Part shown: one piece after another, positions 57,940-64,000 of the stretch
How the letters are laid out: each line of letters begins with the position of its first letter
Numbering within the stretch: the first letter of the stretch is position 1
Origin: Candidatus Binatia bacterium
Lineage (GTDB): Bacteria > Desulfobacterota > Binatia > Bin18
DNA: 64,000 nucleotides
Reading direction: 5' to 3'
Assembly (NCBI GenBank): GCA_963666315.2
Contig: CAXXHG010000043.1
Span: 192,001 to 256,000, forward strand
Program-made: the position numbers and the translations under genes
The notes under the pieces: generated by a model
Told to the model about the DNA's origin: nothing
What the model saw: only the letters and a program-made list of their open reading frames with translations
Database searches by the model: none

Positions 57940-59094
57940 TTAGGTAACCCCATCCCCACGCAGTTGCTGAATCTCCTCCTCACCCAGCCCCAGGTCCTTC
58001 AGAATTTCGTCCGTATGCTCCCCTTTCTCCGGAGTTGGCGTACGCAGGCTGGCTGGAGTGCGGCTCAGTGTCACGGGTCGGCCAAGAAGCTGAATAGTCC
58101 CAAGCGTAGGATGTTCAATGGGATGCGCAAGGCCGAGATGCTGTACCTGTTCGTTCTCAAAAACTTGATCAATAGATAAAATCGGCCCGCACGGAACCCC
58201 AGCCGCATTGAGTTCAGCGATCCATTCGTCTGCGGTTTTGTCCTTGAGCTGCTCTTCGAGAAGCAGGCTGAGTTCATCCCGATTCTTGGACCGTCGGCCT
58301 GGGGAGGAAAAGCGCGCGTCTTCGGCTAAGGCTTCATCCCCCAGCACCACACACAGACGCTTCCACATATGGTTGGTCGTGGCAATATTAATGTAGCCGT
58401 CCTTCACCTTGAAAGTCCCGGTGGGGATGACGGTTGGGTGGTTATTGCCCGCCTGGGGGGGGATTTCCTTACCCATGAGCCAGCGGGTGGCTTGGAAGTC
58501 GAGCATGGACACCATCGCTTCTAACAGTGAGGTATGCACCCACTGACCTTCCCCGGATCGTTCCCGCTCTAAAAGCGCAACCAGGATACCCTGAGCGGCG
58601 AGGAGGCCGGCACTTAGGTCTGCCACAGGAATCCCGGCTCGCACCGGGCCACCGCCCGGCAAACCGGTAATACTCATCAGTCCACCCATGCCTTGGGCGA
58701 CCTGGTCATATCCTGGTCGGTCTTTGTATGGCCCAGTCTGCCCAAAGCCGGAGATGCTGGCATAGATGAGACGCGGATTGAGCGGTCGCAGGTCGGCGTA
58801 GTCTATGCCGAGACGCGTCTTCACATTGGGGCGGTAGTTCTCAACAAGGACGTCCGCTTTTTTCACCAGCTGTTTAAGAATCGCTTTCCCCCGCTCGTCC
58901 TTCAGGTCGAGTACCATGCTGCGCTTATTGCGGTGCAAGTTTTGGAAATCAAAACCGTGACGTCCCCATTCCCCATCGTCGGTGGGTTGCTCGACCTTAA
59001 TCACCTGGGCGCCCATATCGGCGAGCTGGCGTACACAGGTGGGCCCGGAGCGCGCGCGGGTCAGATCAATGACATGGATATGAGACAGCGGCAT
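57940..59094 (-). CDS. Class III CoA-transferase (CaiB/BaiF family)
   Basis: LADMGAQVIKVE, RNKRS, ENYRP, PGYD, PVADL, GEHTDEIL. Confidence 0.94.
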   Translation of the reverse strand: MPLSHIHVIDLTRARSGPTCVRQLADMGAQVIKVEQPTDDGEWGRHGFDFQNLHRNKRSMVLDLKDERGKAILKQLVKKADVLVENYRPNVKTRLGIDYADLRPLNPRLIYASISGFGQTGPYKDRPGYDQVAQGMGGLMSITGLPGGGPVRAGIPVADLSAGLLAAQGILVALLERERSGEGQWVHTSLLEAMVSMLDFQATRWLMGKEIPPQAGNNHPTVIPTGTFKVKDGYINIATTNHMWKRLCVVLGDEALAEDARFSSPGRRSKNRDELSLLLEEQLKDKTADEWIAELNAAGVPCGPILSIDQVFENEQVQHLGLAHPIEHPTLGTIQLLGRPVTLSRTPASLRTPTPEKGEHTDEILKDLGLGEEEIQQLRGDGVT

Positions 59095-59340
59095 GAACAG
59101 GCTCCTTTCCAAATGCGATCAGATATACGCAACAGCACTTCTATTCTTGATGCTTTTAAAAGAAAAGGGCTGGCGTTCTCCCTGCCTTCTCCCTACTGCC
59201 TTAACGCAGCCCAAGTTTCTTCATGAGCCGCGACAAGTTGGATTGGGGCAAACCGATTCAGAACAACAGCCCACTCTCCAACATACTTCTAGACAAAGAC
59301 AGCCCATTCATGTCATGTAGACTCCAATAAGGAGGCTGTC

Positions 59341-60855
59341 ATGGCATTACGACAACCCACTAAAGAAGATCTGCATCGTCTGGCTGCGTGGCACAATTTC
59401 GAGCTGAGTGCAGAAGAGGCTGAAGCGTATGAGGCGCTGCTGCCGGATATGTTTGCTGCGCTGGACGCGCTCGATCAGACTCCGGCCAATCTGCCGGAGA
59501 TCACGTATCGTGAGCGTGATCCGGGTAATCGACCCAGCCGTGAGGATGACCCACTCAACGCCATCATACGCCGTTGCTCTATACAGGGCGCGCCGGCAGG
59601 CGCGCTGGCGGGCAAGCGCATTGGCATTAAGGACAATGTGTGTATTGCCGGCGTACCAATGACGTGTGGGTCACTGGTGCTCGACGGCTATGTGCCGGAC
59701 ATTGACGCCACGATTATCACTCGCATTCTCGATGCGGGGGGTGAGATTACCGCCGTCCTGAATATGGACAACTTCGCGTTCTCGGGCGGCGGCCATACTA
59801 GCGCCTACGGTCCGACTCGCAATCCATACAATCCAGACCATCTGGCTGGGGGTTCGTCAGGTGGTTCTGGTGCAGCGCTGTCGTACGCGGACATTGATAT
59901 TACTATTGGCGGGGACCAGGGCGGATCGATTCGGATTCCCGCGTCATGGTGCGGTGTGGTTGGGCTCAAGCCAACGCATAGTCTCGTTCCCTATACCGGC
60001 ATAGTCGGTATTGATAACACCTTCGACCACACCGGCCCCATGGCTCAGACCGTGGAAGACGCGGCCCTGCTGCTTGAAGTGATTGCCGGAAAAGACCCGC
60101 TGGACCCACGCCAGTCCGACGTTCCCGTTCAGCCGTATACGCAAGTACTCGGTCAGGGCATAAGCGGCTTACGGTTAGGTATAATAAAAGAAGGCTTTGG
60201 CACCCCAGTGTCACAATCGGATGTCGATGCCAAGGTTCATGAGGCAGTAAAAGCCTTACAAGATCTTGGAGCACAAGCAGAAGAAGTCTCCATCCCGGCC
60301 CATCTTGAAGCCGGTGGTATTACCTGGGCGTTGATTACCGAAGGTATGGCGGCACTGGTCTACGGTCACGGCGTCGGCCACCACTGGAAAGGATTGTACA
60401 ACGAAAGCCTGGTCAACACGCTGGGCAAGTCACTCAAAGCGCAGGCGCAAGACTTGCCCCATCAAGTCAAATTTGTCGTGCTGGTAGGCGATTATATTAA
60501 TCAAGCGTATCACGGCCGCTTATATGCGAAAGCCCAAAATCAACGCCGCACACTCCAAGCTGCATACGATCAGGCGCTCGAGCGCTACGATATTCTTGTC
60601 ATGCCGACAACGCCGATGACGGCTCATCGCCATGACCCGAACATGGGAGTCCGCGATTCGCTCGATTCCGGCTGGGTTATGTTGGGGAACACCGCCCCGT
60701 TTAATATGACCGGCCATCCTTCACTCACAGTTCCGTGTGGAAAATCAGATGGACTGCCGGTTGGTTTGATGCTGACTGGACGACATTTTGATGATGCCAC
60801 GCTCTTGCGCGCGGGGCATGCCTTCGAGCAGCAAATGCCGTGGCAAAATCGGTAA
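59341..60855 (+). CDS. Amidase signature family protein
   Basis: IKDNV, GGSSGGS, GGDQGGSIRIPASWCG. Confidence 0.93.
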   Translation: MALRQPTKEDLHRLAAWHNFELSAEEAEAYEALLPDMFAALDALDQTPANLPEITYRERDPGNRPSREDDPLNAIIRRCSIQGAPAGALAGKRIGIKDNVCIAGVPMTCGSLVLDGYVPDIDATIITRILDAGGEITAVLNMDNFAFSGGGHTSAYGPTRNPYNPDHLAGGSSGGSGAALSYADIDITIGGDQGGSIRIPASWCGVVGLKPTHSLVPYTGIVGIDNTFDHTGPMAQTVEDAALLLEVIAGKDPLDPRQSDVPVQPYTQVLGQGISGLRLGIIKEGFGTPVSQSDVDAKVHEAVKALQDLGAQAEEVSIPAHLEAGGITWALITEGMAALVYGHGVGHHWKGLYNESLVNTLGKSLKAQAQDLPHQVKFVVLVGDYINQAYHGRLYAKAQNQRRTLQAAYDQALERYDILVMPTTPMTAHRHDPNMGVRDSLDSGWVMLGNTAPFNMTGHPSLTVPCGKSDGLPVGLMLTGRHFDDATLLRAGHAFEQQMPWQNR

Positions 60856-60874
60856 GCAAATCGATAAGAAAAAG

Positions 60875-60894
60875 GGACGCAGCATGCTGCATCC
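60875..60894. repeat. Degenerate REP-like palindrome
   Basis: GGACGCAGCATGCTGCATCC; same stem as 48707-48732. Confidence 0.55.
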
Positions 60895-60917
60895 GTGCTC
60901 AGTATGAGGAACCTCGG

Positions 60918-61715
60918 TCATCCTGCTTTGCGCGCAGACACGACAAACTGCGGTAAGCAAAAGTAATACGCGTCGTTTTTGAGACGTGTCCGAATATCAT
61001 CGCGCCAGGCGTCCGCCTCGGCGCGCGTCACTTTGCCTGAATCGAGCGCGTACTGATACCAATTGTTCTCCAGCATCTGTCTTGCACGCCCTTTGAGATC
61101 AGGGCTGGCGAAAATCTTGACCTTGATGTCCTGCAGGTTGGCGACTATACACAACCCCCGCAGCTTTCGGCCGATACGCGGCTCACGCATGGCGGTGGTC
61201 CTGATCGCCGACATGAGGCGATCCTGCAAAGCTTCGTCACTCACGTCCAGGGCAAGCATTTCCCAATCGCTGTCTATCAACACCACCAAGCCCCCAGGCT
61301 TTGTCACCCGGGCAATGTCTTGGACTGTGGCTTCGGCAGAATCCACGTACTCAAGAACATTTTTACAAAAAACTCGATCAAATGTCTGAGACTCGAAGGG
61401 CAGGGGCGGGAAGTCGCTTTGTTGAAAGCTCACCTGGGGTAGGCCTGCTGCCTGTGCCCGTGCTCCGGCCCGTTCTACAAATTCGGCGTTGATATCAACG
61501 CCAACGAGCGTGCCACTCGGACCAACTCGCCGTCCTAACTCCATGGTTGTTGAGCCAGGACCGGAGCCTACATCCAGAACCGACAGTCCAGGCTGCAGAT
61601 CAAGAGGAGCGAGGAGCGGTTCCATGCGAGGCTCGTAGCGCAGCAGGGTGTCATAGACTGCCAAGCGGTCTGCATCGATCTCGATCCAGTGTTGCTTGTA
61701 ATAGGGCGTGGGCAT
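60918..61715 (-). CDS. Class I SAM-dependent methyltransferase (UbiE-like)
   Basis: VLDVGSGPG, VGVDIN, LPFESQTFD, KPGG. Confidence 0.9.
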   Translation of the reverse strand: MPTPYYKQHWIEIDADRLAVYDTLLRYEPRMEPLLAPLDLQPGLSVLDVGSGPGSTTMELGRRVGPSGTLVGVDINAEFVERAGARAQAAGLPQVSFQQSDFPPLPFESQTFDRVFCKNVLEYVDSAEATVQDIARVTKPGGLVVLIDSDWEMLALDVSDEALQDRLMSAIRTTAMREPRIGRKLRGLCIVANLQDIKVKIFASPDLKGRARQMLENNWYQYALDSGKVTRAEADAWRDDIRTRLKNDAYYFCLPQFVVSARKAG

Positions 61716-61721
61716 ATCACC

Positions 61722-62621
61722 TCATTCCCTCTTGGCAATCTCTGCTGGGTGGTGCGGGAGCCCAAGAATATGCCTAGCTTCCTGAGGCGTTGCCGGCTCA
61801 CGTCCATGCGCACGGGCGACTCCAACCACCCAGGCCACGTAGTCAGCACTACTTGTTGCAAGGGAGCCATCGATCAACGTCGCACGATCCTCAAAGCCAA
61901 CACGGATGTGTGCCCCAGTCGTAATCGCCAGACTCGCGATAGTAAACACGCTCTCTTCAATCCCGTGCGCAATCCACGTGGCTTGGGGAAAGACCTCACG
62001 AACGCAACTGGTGAGATAGAAATAGCTCTGCGGGGTACCAGGCATAATCAGAAAGTTATCGCCAAAGCGTCCGGAGAATTCGACTAACAGATACCGTGGA
62101 GGTGGGAGCGAACCGTCCTGGACCAGAGTGACCACGTTGGACAGAAATCCTGTATCGAGCACTGTCGGTTCAGGAATAATGCCTCGCTCGCGACATATGA
62201 GTATTGTTTGTCGAATATCTTCATAGGAATTGGGAATCGCCACAGTTTGCCGCGTGCCACCCACCAGAGGTGTGTTGAACGTAATACTCCCTGCATTCAG
62301 AGAGGTCATATCGACCGGCTCAGGGGTTTCACGCAAATAACGCAACACCTGATCAATCGAAGCGCCCAGCATACGTGCGGTCGTGTGGTTGACCACCAAA
62401 TCGGTTTGCGCGCGGATGAGGCGGTCGGCTTCCGTATACCACTCGGGGTCGTAGCTAATGCCACCGTCATTCGTACGAGCGTGGATATGCACAATTGCTG
62501 CTCCAGCAGCGGCACACCGCTTAGCCTCAGCGGCAACTTCCTCCGGAGTCCACGGAATATGCGGATTCTGCTCTCGATCACGCGCACCATTGAGACAGGC
62601 TTTGATAATAATTGTATCCAT
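61722..62621 (-). CDS. Beta-keto acid cleavage enzyme family (DUF849)
   Basis: ACLNGAR, PWTPEE, GAAIVHIH, HIRVGFED, ATPQEAR. Confidence 0.92.
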   Translation of the reverse strand: MDTIIIKACLNGARDREQNPHIPWTPEEVAAEAKRCAAAGAAIVHIHARTNDGGISYDPEWYTEADRLIRAQTDLVVNHTTARMLGASIDQVLRYLRETPEPVDMTSLNAGSITFNTPLVGGTRQTVAIPNSYEDIRQTILICRERGIIPEPTVLDTGFLSNVVTLVQDGSLPPPRYLLVEFSGRFGDNFLIMPGTPQSYFYLTSCVREVFPQATWIAHGIEESVFTIASLAITTGAHIRVGFEDRATLIDGSLATSSADYVAWVVGVARAHGREPATPQEARHILGLPHHPAEIAKRE

Positions 62622-62730
62622 GCCAAAGAAACTCTCAGCTCAAACTCACCGAGTCTGACACTCCCGCGGGGTTAGTGTCAATCTACGAAAGAAAGAGAAC
62701 AGGGGGATAAGAAGGGATCGTGAAGTGAGG

Positions 62731-62769
62731 AGTCACGACTCACAGGGGGAGGTGAGCCGTGACTTTTTT
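62731..62769. terminator. Hairpin with T-run
   Basis: AGTCACGACTCAC-loop-GTGAGCCGTGACT followed by a T-run on the + strand. Confidence 0.5.
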
Positions 62770-62818
62770 GAAGGGATGCTCTGCATTCGGACAGAGCAGG
62801 GAGAGAACAAAGACAGCC

Positions 62819-63259
62819 CTAGGGCTGAGACTGTTCAGGCAGGTCGTGTGTGTGTACCTCAGCCGTTGTAATCAGAAAACGGCGGTCATCAACGTATAGA
62901 CGGCCCTCAAGGGTGATCGTCTGTCCTTCGATATCCGGGCTCTGGAATGTATCCATAACCGCGCTTGGTCCGCTCACACGGAGCGTACCTGGGAAGATAT
63001 CCTTCAGGGTGAATGCATCCCGGCGCTCGGGGGCCATCTTCACATCAGTGACCTGGAAGAGCCATTCTTGGCCCCGCACGGAGAAATACAGTGAGTTGGA
63101 ATCACCCGGATGATCTGCATCAAGCATCAGCGTACCAGTAAAACGCACCAGCGGAGGGGGACCAGTCAGAATATGCGCACGTGCAAACGCAGCCGTTGTT
63201 CCGAGCACCATCGCTAAAAGTGCTCCCCATACAACAATTGTTTTCTGTCCAATGTTCAT
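62819..63259 (-). CDS. Exported hypothetical protein, probable paralog of 32540-33034
   Basis: Signal peptide; VRFTGTL...LKDIFP...GRLYVDDRRFLITTA. Confidence 0.7.
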   Translation of the reverse strand: MNIGQKTIVVWGALLAMVLGTTAAFARAHILTGPPPLVRFTGTLMLDADHPGDSNSLYFSVRGQEWLFQVTDVKMAPERRDAFTLKDIFPGTLRVSGPSAVMDTFQSPDIEGQTITLEGRLYVDDRRFLITTAEVHTHDLPEQSQP

Positions 63260-63483
63260 ACTGCTACTCCTTTCTGCAAACTGCAGACTGCAAACTGATT
63301 GACGAGTTGATAGAGCAGCTATCGTGCCAATGTAAATCCAAGAGTTTAAGAGACAGAAAAGTGAGGAATATCAATAGAGTCCGGATTTTTAAGAGAAATC
63401 TAACAATCAATGCAGGTGAGGCAGAATGGCTCACTCAAAATACATTCGGTCACACACGGAAGGGAGAGTCTCTTACGGAGGGC

Positions 63484-64000
63484 TCATTGCAGTTCGAGGC
63501 TAGAAGATTTTTCTAAAGTTACTTTGTCTTTCCGCACGAAATTCTGGCCAACAATGCCGGACGAAACAATGAACTTGAAGGCTTCTTCTACTGTATAGTC
63601 AACTTCAACCACTTCTTCGGGCGGAACCATGACGAGAAATCCCGACGTTGGGTTCGGTGTGGTTGGAACAAATACTGAAAGAATCTGCGAGGCAGATGTG
63701 AGACCTAACGCATCGTCTCGTTCCGCGGCAACCAGGCCCATCACCCACATGCCTTTGCGCGGATACTGAAGCAGGACCACGCGTTGGAAGCTGCCGGACG
63801 GGCCTTGAAAGGTTTCTACCATTTGCTTAACCGCGCTATACACACTGCTGATCAGTGGCAAGCGCAGAATCATGGTGTTGACCGCCTCAAGTACTTGCCG
63901 CCCGATAAAATTCGTGCCAACCAAGCCTAAGAGGAAGATAATGGCTAGCGCCAGGAAGATGTTCACGAATGGCGTGATGGGCTCAAGCCACCAAAAGCGC
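63484..64000 (-). CDS. DUF502 family membrane protein (5' end beyond the window)
   Basis: LPLISSVYSAVKQ, YPRKG, VFVPTTPNPTSGFL, FIVSSG; frame is open to the window edge. Confidence 0.9.
   Translation of the reverse strand, partial: RFWWLEPITPFVNIFLALAIIFLLGLVGTNFIGRQVLEAVNTMILRLPLISSVYSAVKQMVETFQGPSGSFQRVVLLQYPRKGMWVMGLVAAERDDALGLTSASQILSVFVPTTPNPTSGFLVMVPPEEVVEVDYTVEEAFKFIVSSGIVGQNFVRKDKVTLEKSSSLELQ

Noticed and set aside
1-64000. CRISPR array, tRNA, rRNA, integrase or transposase genes
   Set aside because: No regularly spaced repeats, cloverleaf or recombinase motifs were seen by eye.

Overview
Bacterial chromosome segment of moderately high GC. The gene order and content (cinA-thpR-recA-recX-alaS-phoH-ybeY-lnt-prfB, rimO, dksA, F420-type LLM, CoA-transferases, amidases) suggest a deltaproteobacterial or Binatia-like lineage (inference). 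I found no rRNA, tRNA or CRISPR array. Core genes are intact, but about a dozen accessory genes are broken by stops, frameshifts, internal deletions or a tandem duplication. The most interesting locus is 45270-48700. An ECF sigma factor is followed by one protein that fuses a zinc anti-sigma (ZAS) domain, a catalytic O6-methylguanine methyltransferase (PCHR) and a complete four-Cys Ada methylphosphotriester domain, with an alkyltransferase-like gene downstream. This looks like an alkylation-damage response run through sigma/anti-sigma control. A candidate promoter motif upstream of the sigma gene recurs with identical spacing at 57576. Other observations: a direct repeat of the 3' end of a Mo-hydroxylase gene brackets a 3.2 kb island remnant, two toxin-antitoxin pairs each have only the toxin inactivated, there is a MITE, a decayed CxxC/RAPP leader lies upstream of hpf, and prfB has its programmed frameshift.
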